A stretch of 64,000 bases of DNA from Takakia lepidozioides (taxonomy: Eukaryota > Plantae > Bryophyta). This document shows, piece after piece, positions 1 to 11,620 of the stretch. The notes beneath the pieces are model-generated. The model had not been told where the DNA came from and ran no database searches. It was given only the letters and a program-made list of their open reading frames with translations. The stretch spans positions 66,526,001 through 66,590,000 of the forward strand of contig CM060732.1 of assembly GCA_030704615.1 (NCBI GenBank), given 5' to 3'. Every line of letters starts with the position of its first letter. The first letter of the stretch is position 1. Made by a program: the position numbers and the translations under genes.

Positions 1-20
1 AAGGACAGAGAGGATCTCAA

Positions 21-1808
21 TTGCAGAGGTCACTTCCTTCATTCTCAGGCCAACAACAGTCGGGAGTGATATGTTGGGATTGTGGAGGACCCCATGTTAA
101 GAGAGATTGCCCGGAGAGAGGCAAAGGGCCGACACAGGCACAACCTACACAACTACAGTGTAGGCATTGTGGCAAGTATGGGCATGAAGAGACCCATTGT
201 TATGACTTGCATCCTGAGCTACGGCCAGGCCAGTTCCAAGGGAACAATGGTGGCCGAGGACGAGACAATGTAGTCCAGAGAGGTAGAGGAGGCAGAGGTC
301 GTGGTGGAGGTCGTAACCAAAACCAGGGAGCACAGGGTCACGGTCAAGGTCATAACCAAGGCATGGTAGATAGGCTTGCCCAGCTAGAGCAACATCTTGC
401 TACCATGGCCACTACTCATGTTGCGCCAGCTCCAAGGCCTGAGGTTCAAGCCCCACCTGCACAACCTCCTATGCCTAGGGAAGACCAGATTGGTATGGGC
501 TTCATGTGTGGAGCCGCATTTGCAGGACCATTGCATGTGGACTCTGTAGCTGCTGTCACTCGAGCAGCAACGCGTGCTCCTGAGCCAAGAGGAGCGGATG
601 TGGATTTTGATCCACAAAGAGGGGAAGCAAGTCGCCAGACAAGGCTTTCATAGTCTTTCACATTGGCTGAGACAGTGCCAACTATGCCATCGACGACACC
701 CGCTCGCCCAAGTGTGTCAGAGGTAGAGCCACAAGTGTCATTGGGGAGAGTTGGTATGGCTCGGAAAACGTCAGTGGGTGGTACTGCAAAGCAAGGTGCA
801 GCCAGTACATTGTTGGGGGCGGCTACGACAATTTGCCAAGCTCCATTGTTTTCTGCCACGACAATTGCAATGCCGGGGATGCAGCCAGCTGCAGTGTTTA
901 GACTGGCAGCTGCACTCTGTGAGAGTGGTGATGCATCGGCACTATCTGCGGGGATAGCGGATCAGGTGCAGTGCATGGATGTCCTGGATTCAAGGGTGAA
1001 GACAGCCATAGCTGTGCCATGGCAAGCGGCAGCTGCAAGGTTGCAGGAATTGCCAGCTAGGCCAGCCATTGAGCGCAGTATGGTGATTCCTGGGGTAGTC
1101 CTGATGGACAATCAGGATGGTGTGTTTCAGTTGGGTGGCCCAGCCGGGAGGAGGTATAGGCCACTGCGAGTCTTGTTGGACTCAGGAGCACAGCCATTGA
1201 TGTTGGGAAGAGCAGCAATTGCAGGCTTGGGCCTTACAGAGGCGGATTTGGAGCCTTGCCCTTTCCAAATTCAAACATCTTTGGGCGGTTCAGAGAAGGC
1301 ACGAGGGATTACACGTCATGAGGTCTTCATTCGATTGCAGCCGGATCATCCTACGGATGATTCAATCATGAGAGCTAAAGCCATTGTTACGGACGTGATG
1401 TCTTATGATGTGCTTGTTGGTGGGGCTGTGTTGTACCCCATGGGATTTACTTTGGACTTTTGGGAGGAAACGACATCCTATAGGCCGGAATGGCAGTCAG
1501 GAGATGGCCGACGTGCACTGCTCCCAGTGCGGTTTATTGAGAATGTAGTGGTGGATCACAGGAACATGATGCCCACATTAGCTGCATTCTCAGGGGTGGT
1601 GGCTTGGGGTGGTGAGCTCTTGGAGGGCAATAGCCATGCAGATGATAGGCCACCACCTGATGAGGACAAACAATTGGCATACAAGGCTGATTTGCTTCCT
1701 CATGTGCCTGTTCATATTCCACTGTGGGGTAGAATTGGGAATTTGCATCGAGTAGCAGGCGAATGTGTGCACCAAGCATGGCATGCGGCCTATCCATTTG
1801 GTGAGTGA
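21..1808 (+). pseudogene. Gag C-terminus (two CCHC knuckles) and aspartic protease of the Gypsy element
   Basis: ORF 21..653 has CX2CX3-4HX4C knuckles; ORF 663..1808 has VLLDSGAQ and YDVLVGG. The two are in frame and separated by a TAG. Confidence 0.85.
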
Positions 1809-1899
1809 TGGGAGTTCAGTGACATCACATGGACCTCCTCAGTTAGCTTCTTTGGATACAGTGCCCATTACCTAGCAACCACCTGACTCAGGGATTTGT

Positions 1900-3009
1900 T
1901 TGCTAGACCTGTTTGGAGGCATGAGCACTGGGCTTGCAGGAGTGTTGCAAGCTGGGGTTAAAGTACGAAAGTACTTGTATGTGGAGAAGGATGAGATAGC
2001 TCGGCGTATTTCTATGCATCACATTGCCTTGCTCACACACCAGTACCCTGAGTTGCTGTCTCTCTCAGCAATTCAAGGGTACCAAAAGGCCTTGCCAGCA
2101 GACATTACCATGCTGGGGGTGGATGATTTGGACCGGCATGGTGCCATTGACTTGGTGATAGCTGGATGGCCTTGCCAAGGACACTCTCCCGCAGGTCATG
2201 GGAATGGCTTGCATGATGCACGATCGCATTTGTTTTGGGAGATGTTACAAGTGTTGCGGGACTTGCAGACGAGGCAAGTGCAACCTCTAGGCTATATCTT
2301 GGAGAATGTTCCTCTTATGGGGGATCCTCGGGCCAGGGTAATGGCCAGTGTGCATCAGATGCGGTCTTGGATTGGATCGGCGGTGCTATTGGATGTAGAA
2401 GCGGTGGGATCACGCGCGCATCGACCCCGATTGTGGTGGACCAATCTTGCACCACCAGAGCTGCTCAAGAGAGCATATGATTCCATTCAACGGCCACCCA
2501 ATCTCACGGTTGAGGGAATTTTGGACCAAAGGAGGCAACCACAGAGAGTGCGACATGATGACCGTCCATCTCTAGCAGTGGTCAATCGAGTGGGGCAGCC
2601 ACGTGCGGCCTTGCCTACGCTCATGAGCTTTCCCTCGTCTCATGCTTTTCGAAACAATGGTCCTGGGTTGATTTGGGACAGTGTGCTACAGCAATTGGTG
2701 GAGCCCAATGCAGATGAGCGAGAGCGGGCAATAGGATTTGCCATGGGCACTACAGTTGTGCCAGCTCTGTCAGAGGCATCACGACGCCAGGTGTTGGGTC
2801 AGGCAATGGATCTCAATTGCTTGACATGGGTCATTGGCTTGTGCATGGCTGAGCAACGGAGATTGCAAGCATTGGTGGCTACTTCTGCACTTCCATTGGA
2901 TATTGCACCATCTCTGCCAATCGGGACGGTGGAGGCAGTGAATGGGGGCGAACATAGGATCATGGGGTGCAAACACCCATGGCAGATGTGGGATGAGATG
3001 CGGAAATAG
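1900..3009 (+). CDS. C5-cytosine DNA methyltransferase domain embedded in the retrotransposon pol
   Basis: Motif I LDLFGGMSTG, II YVEKD, IV AGWPCQGHS (catalytic PC), VI ILENV, VIII RAHRPRLWW, IX ERERAIGF, X RRQVLGQAM. Confidence 0.92.
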   Translation: MLDLFGGMSTGLAGVLQAGVKVRKYLYVEKDEIARRISMHHIALLTHQYPELLSLSAIQGYQKALPADITMLGVDDLDRHGAIDLVIAGWPCQGHSPAGHGNGLHDARSHLFWEMLQVLRDLQTRQVQPLGYILENVPLMGDPRARVMASVHQMRSWIGSAVLLDVEAVGSRAHRPRLWWTNLAPPELLKRAYDSIQRPPNLTVEGILDQRRQPQRVRHDDRPSLAVVNRVGQPRAALPTLMSFPSSHAFRNNGPGLIWDSVLQQLVEPNADERERAIGFAMGTTVVPALSEASRRQVLGQAMDLNCLTWVIGLCMAEQRRLQALVATSALPLDIAPSLPIGTVEAVNGGEHRIMGCKHPWQMWDEMRK

Positions 3010-3420
3010 AGAGTCCTTGGATCTCTCAAGCAGCAATATGGGGAGTGGGGAGAGCCATACACTGAGGATCAGTTAGAGGCCAAGGTGGCCAATGTTTTTG
3101 AAGAGGTTGAGAATGTTTCTTGCTCAGAGGATGTTCTCAAGGTGGCTATGGCGGAGCAAGTGGAGGCTACGCCACAGTCGGATTGGGTGGACAAGGCCCA
3201 AGAGGTTGCTAGCTAGCAACCAAAGGATTCGTCTCCTACCTTCAAGCCTGGTGTACCCAAGGTTGTAGTCACTGAGGACAATTGGGAACCAGATGTTGGA
3301 CCTACAGTCACCGGAGGAGAGAGACGGAGGATCCAGCGATTTCTTAGGGCTTATAGAAATTGCTTTGCCTTCGGTTTGAAAGATTTGGGGAGTTTGAAGG
3401 GTTAGGAGATTCGTATTGAT

Positions 3421-4674
3421 TTGGCAAGTGACACGCCAATCTTTCGAAGGCCCTACCGGTATAGTGACATGGAGAGGTCATTGATCCAGTTACGGACTAT
3501 GGAGTTGTTCGAAGCTGGATTGGTGGAGTTGTCAGGCGGGGAGTATGCCTCGGCAACGGTGATGCCAGCTAAGAAGGATATCTATGGCAATTGGACAGAA
3601 AGAAGGATGTGTGGGGACTATCGTCTTGTGAACCGTCAGACTAAGTCCAATAGATATGCCATGCCAACTCCAGAGGAGCTCTTTGATGCCATTGGGCATG
3701 CAAAGGTGTTTAGCACATTGGACTTGCGATCCAGTTACCACCAGTTGCCAATCAAAGAGGCTGATAAGCAAAAGACGGCATTCTGGGGGATTGACCAATA
3801 TGGGAAGGATTGCTTGTACCAATGGCGGTTCTTACCGTTTGGGCTGAAGAATGCTCCTGCAAAGTTTCAGAGGGTCATGGATAGGATTCTCGCAGGGCTA
3901 GACTTCGCCCGGTGCTACATTGATGACATCATCGTCTTTAGTGCTACGGTTGAGGAGCATGAGAGACACTTTCAGGTGGTGTTTGAGCGCTTGAGAGCGC
4001 ACGGGTTGAAATTGCACCCTGGGAAGTGCAAATTCTTCCACAACCAGATTGAGTATCTGGGCCACATGATATACCTTGGAGGATTGGGTGTTCAAAAGAC
4101 GAAGGTGGAGGCCATTGCACGCATTCCACGCCCCATAGATGTTAGCAGAGTTCGTGCTTTCATGGGGTTGGCAAACTACTATCGACGGTTTGTCAAGGGA
4201 TTTAGCAGCATTACAAAGGCTCTTACCAAGTTGACCAAGGTGGGTCAGGAGTGGCAGTGGGAGGAGGAACAGGAGGAAGCCTTTGAGGAACTCAAGGCTC
4301 GATTGACTTCTGCACCTATTCTGAGGCGGCCTATTCGGGGGCAGCCTTTCCAGCTACATACGGATTGGAGTATGCTGGGGATTGGAGCAGTGCTCACACA
4401 GGTGGATGATGAGGGAAGAGAGTTCGTAGTGGCATATGCTAGCCGCTCGAACAATGATGCCGAGGCAAAATATGGCAGTGGCACATTTCAGATGCTACCT
4501 CTATGGCAATCTCTTCACCCTTGTCACGGATCACCAACCATTGAAGTGGTTGATGGAGTCAGACAAACTTACAGGGAAGCTTGCACGGTGGGCACTTATG
4601 CTTCAAGAGTACGACTTCCAGGTGGTGCATTGAGCCGGTATTGTCAATTGGGATGCAGATGGATTGAGTCGTAA
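3421..4674 (+). pseudogene. Reverse transcriptase and RNase H (Gypsy type)
   Basis: RMCGDYR, LDLRSSYHQ, LPFGLKNAP, YIDD and LHTDWS motifs. The frameshifted RNase H tail (TDHQPLKW, KLARWAL) is in 4436..4633. Confidence 0.95.
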
Positions 4675-4968
4675 TCCATGCACGAGCGAACATGATGATA
4701 CTGGAGCTCGGTGGCATGGTGAGTCAGATGAGGAGATGGTGCCAGGATTGCACGCATCTGCCTTTTTGTGCATCCTAGCAATGGGAGGTCAAGCTGGTCC
4801 ATCCCATAGCATTGGTCAAGTAGTCGGAGATCAGTGAGGAGCTTGGTGGTGCTAAGGATGTGCATGAAGATGCAACAGTGTTGGCCTACCTTCGTACATG
4901 AGAGACAACAGCCAGTGTGACTGCTAAGGAGAGAGAGATCGGATCCTACAACGAGCCAAGAGGTTCAA

Positions 4969-6200
4969 GTGGGAAGGGATTCACCTACTCTGGGTATGGG
5001 AGGATGGACGAGTGAGGATTGTGCCTCATCCAACACAGCGCGATTGGTACGCCATGCCCATGAGGAGTTGAGACATTTTGGGATGCGGCGCACTCATAGT
5101 TTGCTGCAAAGGCAGTATTGGTGGCGGGGCATGCATACGGATGTGCAACAGTTAATGGCAAGGTGCATGGTGTGTGATAGAGTGCAGGCTTCTTTCAACG
5201 CCCCTATTCCACAATTGCATCCTTTACCCATTATGGGTTTGGGCTATCGTTGGAGTCTTGACTTCGCAGGCCCATTGCCACTGACGGGGGCTGCGTATGC
5301 ATTCTTAGATCGAGTGCTTAGCCATTTTGGTGCTCCAGCCGAGGTACTCACGGACCAGGGGAGAGAATTCTTGGGGGAGTTTCAGGCTTTGTGTGAGCAA
5401 GCCTTGATAGATCACCGCACTACTTCTCGGGATCATCCTGAGGCTGATGGCTTGGCGAAGAGAGTTGTTCAGACAGTCAAAAGAGGTTTGCGCAAGTACG
5501 ATTTGCAGAAGGGACACCTAGGAGATTGGGACCTTCAACTGCCTTGGCTAGCTATGGGCTATAGGTTCAGCAAACAAGCTTCACTTTCCTCCTTCTCACC
5601 TTACTTTCTTCTCTTCGGCCGAGAGCCGGATTTGCCTGCATCTATTCGTAGGGAGGCTACAATAGTTCTCAACCTTGATGATCCGGATGTGTGGATACAA
5701 GCATGTGCCCAGCGGGCAGAGTTGTTCAAGAGAGTCATGCCTATGGCTTTTGAGAACCTTGCTATTGCCCAACACCGAGACACATTGAGGTACATCACTA
5801 TATGTGGAGGGGGATATCGGCCAAGTGTTCGGCGTTTCCACCCTGAGGACTATGTGTATCTGCAGCAGACAACGCCTACGACCTTGGATGTCACAGCAGG
5901 ACGTGTGATTCTAAGGGTCAGGGAGGTGTTGCCTTCAGGAGTGTTGATTCTGGAAGGTCGAGATGGCATGGTATGGAAGGACCATGTGCGCAATTGTGCG
6001 CCATGTCACCTTCCACATGTGAATAGATCCCAACCTTGCAGTGGTACCTACAGGATTGCGTTGCATGCTATGTGGGCATGCTGGTGGCGCCGCAACCATG
6101 TTGGTGTGTGACAAATGCTCAAGGGGGTGGCACATGGGATGCTTGACACCGCCACTTGAGGAGGTCCCTATCGGAGAATGGTTGTGTCCATGATGCCTTG
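4969..6200 (+). pseudogene. Integrase followed by a C-terminal PHD finger
   Basis: H-H-C-C zinc motif, SLDFAG, LTDQGREF and DHPEADG. An alternative frame at ~6060-6200 reads CMLCGHAGGAATMLVCDKCSRGWHMGCLTPPLEEVPIGEWLCP*C (C4HC3 PHD). Confidence 0.88.
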
Positions 6201-6468
6201 GACAGAGGTAGTGGGCATGACAATGATGAGGCGGACAAGTGATCCAAGGTCTAGCTAGTGAGGCTTCAATGCCATGGATACTCAACTGAAGATCATGGAT
6301 TGCATGAAGGCGACTAATGATAGGGCTACGTTTGCACCCGCCCTCTTGATCTATCAACTTCAGGTGTTGGGACTTGTGCAATTGAAGACCAAGCGATGAT
6401 CTTATTGAGATGGATACTTGTCAACTATCCGGTGTTAGAGGGACCTAATCACCAGCTAAGGGGGCGAT

Positions 6469-7006
6469 TGTGGCATAGCTTTCTAGGATTGTGTGCTTAG
6501 AATGTATGGTGGACAACGATGTATGTTGTGGCACGATGCTTAGGTGCACGACAGCTCTCATGGTTTTAGTCATGGTTAACTAGAATTACCTACTTCTAGT
6601 TAACTACGACATTTTGGATATTTATATTTGTATTTTGTGTGTTGGGACTTCATTTGGTCTCACATGCCAAGTGAGGTGTCAAACCTCACTTGGGACATGG
6701 GGATGGGTTTTCCCCTTGTGAATGTTGAGGAGGGCTCATCTTCTTGTAGTTGAGCCTCCATGAGCCTCTCCCACCTCCATAGCTCTAGGTATTGAATGGG
6801 AGTGTGGTGAGGGCTTTGTAGGGTGGATTTCTTTAGCAAAGGTGCCATTGGCTTGACTTAGTTTATGTGATTGAGTGGATCATGAGTGGAGTGTTTCCCT
6901 TGTGTTCACTTTCATTATCATTGTGGCATAGCTTTCTAGGATTGTGTGCTTAGAATGTATGGTGGACAACGATGTATGTTATGGCACGATGCTTAGGTGC
7001 ACGATA
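6469..7006 (+). repeat. Putative 3' LTR with an 85-bp direct repeat at both ends (6469-6553 and 6922-7006)
   Basis: TGTGGCATAGCTTTCTAGG...GTGCACGACA/GATA occurs twice, immediately after the PPT. Confidence 0.65.
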
Positions 7007-7119
7007 GGGCCAACGACACATGCTTATATCCTAGATGTCGTACTTGGGCCTCGACGTGTAGGAGACACACTTGGATACATAGGGGATCGCACTTGGGCTT
7101 AGATTTCAATTCTTCGCAC

Positions 7120-7420
7120 ATGGGCCAACGACATAGGCTACCCAAGATCTCCCAAACAATGGGGGTCTCTGGATACATATGGGATTGCACTTGGACATAG
7201 ATAACATTGGACACTTGGGCCAACGGCATAGGCTCCTCAAGATCTCCCAAACAATGGGGGTCTCTGGATACATATGGGATTGCACTTGGACATAGATAAC
7301 ATTGGACACTTGGGCCAACGACATAGGCTACCCAAGATCTCCCAAACAATGGGGGTCTCTGGATACATATGGGATTGCACTTGGACATAGATAACATTGG
7401 ACACTTGGGCCAACGGCACA
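7120..7420. repeat. Tandem repeat, ~97-bp unit x3, within a larger degenerate CACTTGG-rich array (~7000-9000)
   Basis: The unit tgggccaacgacataggctacccaagatctcccaaacaatgggggtctctggatacatatgggattgcacttggacatagataacattggacact is repeated. Confidence 0.9.
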
Positions 7421-7980
7421 TGCTACCCTAGTCAATATATGAAGCGAGATGTTTGTTTTGTTTTGTAGCGTCGTTGAGATCTCCCAAACCGCGGGGCCCA
7501 CCACGGGGTGCTTGGTGCTGTTGGAAAACCCTCGATGAGGAGGGGTGCACACACTTGGTCTCATGATTTTTGGACCAGAGGTGAGGGAGATGTGGAATTC
7601 CAAGTAGTTTTGGTCGTTGGAAATTCACAAAAATTAGCAAAAATGGCAAAGTGGGCATTCATGGGGCAATGGTTGGAGCCTTCACAAAAGGGAAAGGTCG
7701 CTGGTTCAAATCTGGTCGTAGGCTCTGTGGAAAAAAACTGATTAGACTTTAATGACTTAGATGACATTGGACACTTGGGCCAACGGCACAGGCTATCCTA
7801 GGGCCTAGAGGTTGCACTTGGGCCTCAACATAGAAAACACACTTGGATGCATAGGAAGTTGCACTAGATACATAGGAGATTGGACTTGGGCTTAGATGAC
7901 AGTGGATAATTGGGGCTCTACGTGGGAGATGCACTTAGATACATGAATAGAATATTGCACTTGGATACATAGGAAATTAT

Positions 7981-8717
7981 TGGTGTTGGACTGGTATATA
8001 GGGGTGAGGCAGGGTATCAGCACGGTTAAGGGTATCGCGGCAGGTACCGGACCAGGCGGGTATAAGCAATTGACAATACCCCGGGCAGAACATATTGGGG
8101 GCAATATAGTGAAACGCTAATACCTGGGCTCCTACCAGACACAGCCTGGTATCGCAAGAAACGTAGCTTTGTCGATACCAATAAGTACTATGTCTGCCGC
8201 CGTCGCTTGCACCCTAGGTATCAATACGTGGAGCGTTAGGGATTTAGGGTGCAGCATGGAGAGTTGCGGCGCTTTGATTGAGACGATCTGTATGGCACTT
8301 TTGGCGAAAATCTGCTTAGGCTTGGAGCATTGTCTCATTTATTAGCATGTAATATGGCTCTTGTAAGGTGACCTCAAATTACCTAAGGTGAAATCCCGCT
8401 CCTTGTTATTATGAATTGCGGCACTCAGCCGCTGAGGTGAGCGCTTCAGCCCATGAGGTGATCACTTCAGCGGACAGATGTTTATTTTTCAGTTTAAAAA
8501 TAAATAAATAAAAATAAATAACAGTATTGATACCAGTATTGATATACCCCCATTATAAGATTTGAAATTTGAAATACTGTTACCATACAAAAACAATATA
8601 CATACCATACTGGTACATTAAAAGCTTAATACCTACTTTGATATTACTTGCCAGGGCCTCTTCACCGACAATACCATACCCTGGCTGGTATGAAATGTTG
8701 CTACCGGTCCAACATTG
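7981..8717. mobile_element. hAT-like MITE, copy 1
   Basis: TIR-like ends tggtgttggactggtat / taccggtccaacattg, near-perfect 8-bp TSD gaaatta(t/c), and homology to 59274-60056. Confidence 0.75.
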
Positions 8718-10697
8718 GAAATTACACTTGGTCTTAGATTTCAATTCTTCACAAATGGGGCAAACGGCATAGGCTACACTAGAGGTCGTACTTGGGCCTC
8801 GACATAGGAGACGCGGTGGGATACATAAAAGATCTTACACTTGGGCTTCGATGATATTGGACACTTGGGCCAACGGCATAGGCTACCCTAGAGGTCGCAT
8901 TTGGGCCTCGACATAGGAGACGCACTTGGATACATAGGGGATTGCACCTGGACTTAGATGACAGTGGACACTTGGGCCAACCGCACAGGCTACCCTACGT
9001 GCACTATCCAACTGAGCTACCAGCTGCTGGTCCTTTTTTATAAAAGAAAGGAAAGGTGGAAATTGTTGTGGTAGTGGCCTCTTTGGGTTGCTATCATGTA
9101 CTAATGGTGACAGGAAAGAGCTCCTTTGAGAAAATGCAGCGGGCTAGGATAGACTTGATCCCATGGTAGACGGCTGGAATGTGGGTTAGAATTAAGACCA
9201 GCTGTGTTTGCATGCTACCTAAGGCAGCACCCTTGCGACCGGGGCGGTCTTTCCGGAGAATCGATATAGCTATCATAAGGACAACTGAGGTAATGGTGCT
9301 GGTTGCACTTCATTGTTTTCCATTGAGGTGGATAATGTCACAATATTCTCTAATTTGGCAACGACACACTCTTGAATATTCATGTCAACATACTAGCTAA
9401 ACTGTCCGCATTTAACATTCCTTTCACACTCTTGAATATTCATGTCACCATACTAGTGAACTGTCCGTTGCGACACTGACATTCCTTTCATTTCTCCGGC
9501 ATCATCTCTCACACTATCTCTCTCCATTTATGGCCACAAGGCTCCGGCAAACAAAGTCCTATGAGTACATCTCTCTTTTCTCTAACAGGCATGGGGCAGT
9601 ATATTGCAGGGAAAGACACTAGGTAAGGGGCTGGAAGAGATGGAACTGCAAAAATTGGGACTTAGCAAACTGTTATGCTTCCCCAGTTAGTCAATTGTCA
9701 AGAGAGACTAGGCATGGCATTCTGCAACTGGTTTCCCATGCTGCAGCTCCATGTGATTACTATTCATTTGCTTTCATGTGCTGGTAGCCACAGTTCAGTT
9801 CAGTTCTTTCTTACTTTGGAAGGTGGAAGGTGGCAAAGGTGATTTAGGAAGGGGGAGGGAAAAATAAGGGAGAAGAGACAACTTGGGCCAGCTCTGCTTT
9901 GCATGTGAAAGGAGTGTTCTATGCCACAGGTATATGAGCTAGTCATCTACAGCAGAGGACATCAGTGGTAAGAGTGCATACCAATCACTTTCTTCAAAGT
10001 TCATATGATAGGAAGGCTCCAAACATGATTCAATCTCCCTCGTGAGCTACTCCAGGAGTAGGAAGTTTTTTTCATGAAAGAGCTGCACCTGAACTACTGA
10101 TCTGTGTACTTCAGATTGTGGTGCCGCAACCAACCCTGCCAATTCGTGGGAGGAACTGCGAAACAAGGACCCTAAGGGGAAGATAATAACAACACTTGTA
10201 TCTGCAGTTTGTCACGGCAGAAACGATTGAACTCATAATATTACTCCAGTTTCTGCTATGGGTAGGAAGGGCTTTCCACCAAGTGCCGGATACAGAATGA
10301 GCATACTTACAGCTTGCATGCTGCCAAAGGAAAGCTACAGAACATACACTTAGATTGTCATACCACTCGATCGGCGCTTAACAATCATCAAAACTTACCA
10401 CTAGTAAAAGAACTCTAATGTCACTAACTTTAAACAATGCCATAAATGCATAGAAACATAGAAACTCATTGCACTGTACCTGAAGTCGGGTAGTGAGTCT
10501 GATCAACTCAGCCTCATCATCATCACCATCCTCACTTGGTCCAAATCACATGCTAATTCTGGGGCTACAGCAGGGAGGCATTGTAAGCACAATAGGTTGT
10601 ACAGCCACCCAGAATAGGACAGATAGACTTGGTGCTCAATATACAATGGACCCTATTCCCAAGGCTAACCCCTAGTATCACACAAGCCATATGGAAG

Positions 10698-11620
10698 TTA
10701 AAAAGGTCTTACTTGCTCTGCTGTGAGAAGGCTGTTGGGCACCTCTAAAAGAGGACACTTTTCTGACAATGAAACATCTGCCTCTACTCTCGTGGGCTCT
10801 GTAGGCTCCCCCTTGGCCTTTTGTAATGCTGTCATGGTTTTGGCCAGGGCCACTTGCACCTCTTCACGTGAACCATAGCCAGACTGCCCAAGAAAAAAGG
10901 CCTCTGACTTGGCATCCTCTGTACCCTCTAGCTCATGTAGAAGGAACCCCAGTCCCTGGACTTCAGCATCCAACTACTTTGGAGGAGCGCTTCGCAGCGG
11001 CCATCTCCCGCAATCGTGGTCTCTGTTTCTCCCTCGTAGCTGCCTTTCTTGCCAGTTCTTCCTCATTAGGCTGTTCCTTCTCTGGGGCTGGAAGCTATGG
11101 AAGTTGCCACCACTTAGTCTTTACCTCTGCCTGAGGGCCCCCCTTCTGTACAATACGGAGCACTGTTCAATCAGTTTGTGTAAGAGGAGAGTTTGCAGAG
11201 TGCATTCTAGTTGAGAGGTTATAAGTTTGTAACTGGAGTCAGACATTGGTCTAGGACTTCGGAGGGAAACGAAAGAATTTGATGTCCCACAGCTAAGAGA
11301 ATTACAAGAAACCAGGCAGACAAGAAGACTCCCCCATATCACAAGAGTTGGTTGTGATTTACTCCAGTGGTGGGATTTAAAAAGTTCATAGCTCTAGCAT
11401 CAATTTGATGTACTGATTAGATGCAAGGTAGTCAAGGCGGAAGAGAGAAGGGGGGAATGCTTGCATGCTTCTGGAAGAATTTGGACAAGTGAAGACTTCG
11501 AGAACATACACATGATAAGGGTGCTGTAAGGATAGCAAGCGCTTCAAATAGTCAGTTACATGATACCCTCCCACCGCCGATCTACAGCACGCCTCCATCA
11601 CTGGCTCCCCAGCCACCGTC
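10698..11620 (-). pseudogene. ARP5: Actin-related protein 5 (INO80 subunit)-like exon remnants
   Basis: Segments GEPVMEACCRSAVGGYHVTDYLKRLLSLQHPYH, EELARKAATREKQRPRLREMAAAKRSSK and EKCPLLEVPNSLLTAEQ resemble plant ARP5. An in-frame stop is present and exons are missing. Confidence 0.7.

Larger units (their letters stand above)
1..7006 (+). mobile_element. Decayed Ty3/Gypsy LTR retrotransposon (5' truncated by window) with domain order gag-PR-C5 DNA methyltransferase-RT-RNaseH-IN-PHD
   Basis: Zinc knuckles CWDCGGPHVKRDC and CRHCGKYGHEETHC; protease LLDSGAQ; RT YIDD; RNase H LHTDWS; integrase HHCC/DFAG core; purine-rich tract AAGGGGGCGA before a TG start at 6469. ORFs are broken by stops and frameshifts. 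Confidence 0.93.

Noticed and set aside
7428-7747. Helitron-like insert (minus strand TC...CTAG)
   Set aside because: The CTAG also belongs to the host repeat unit and there is no clear subterminal hairpin, so the evidence is insufficient.
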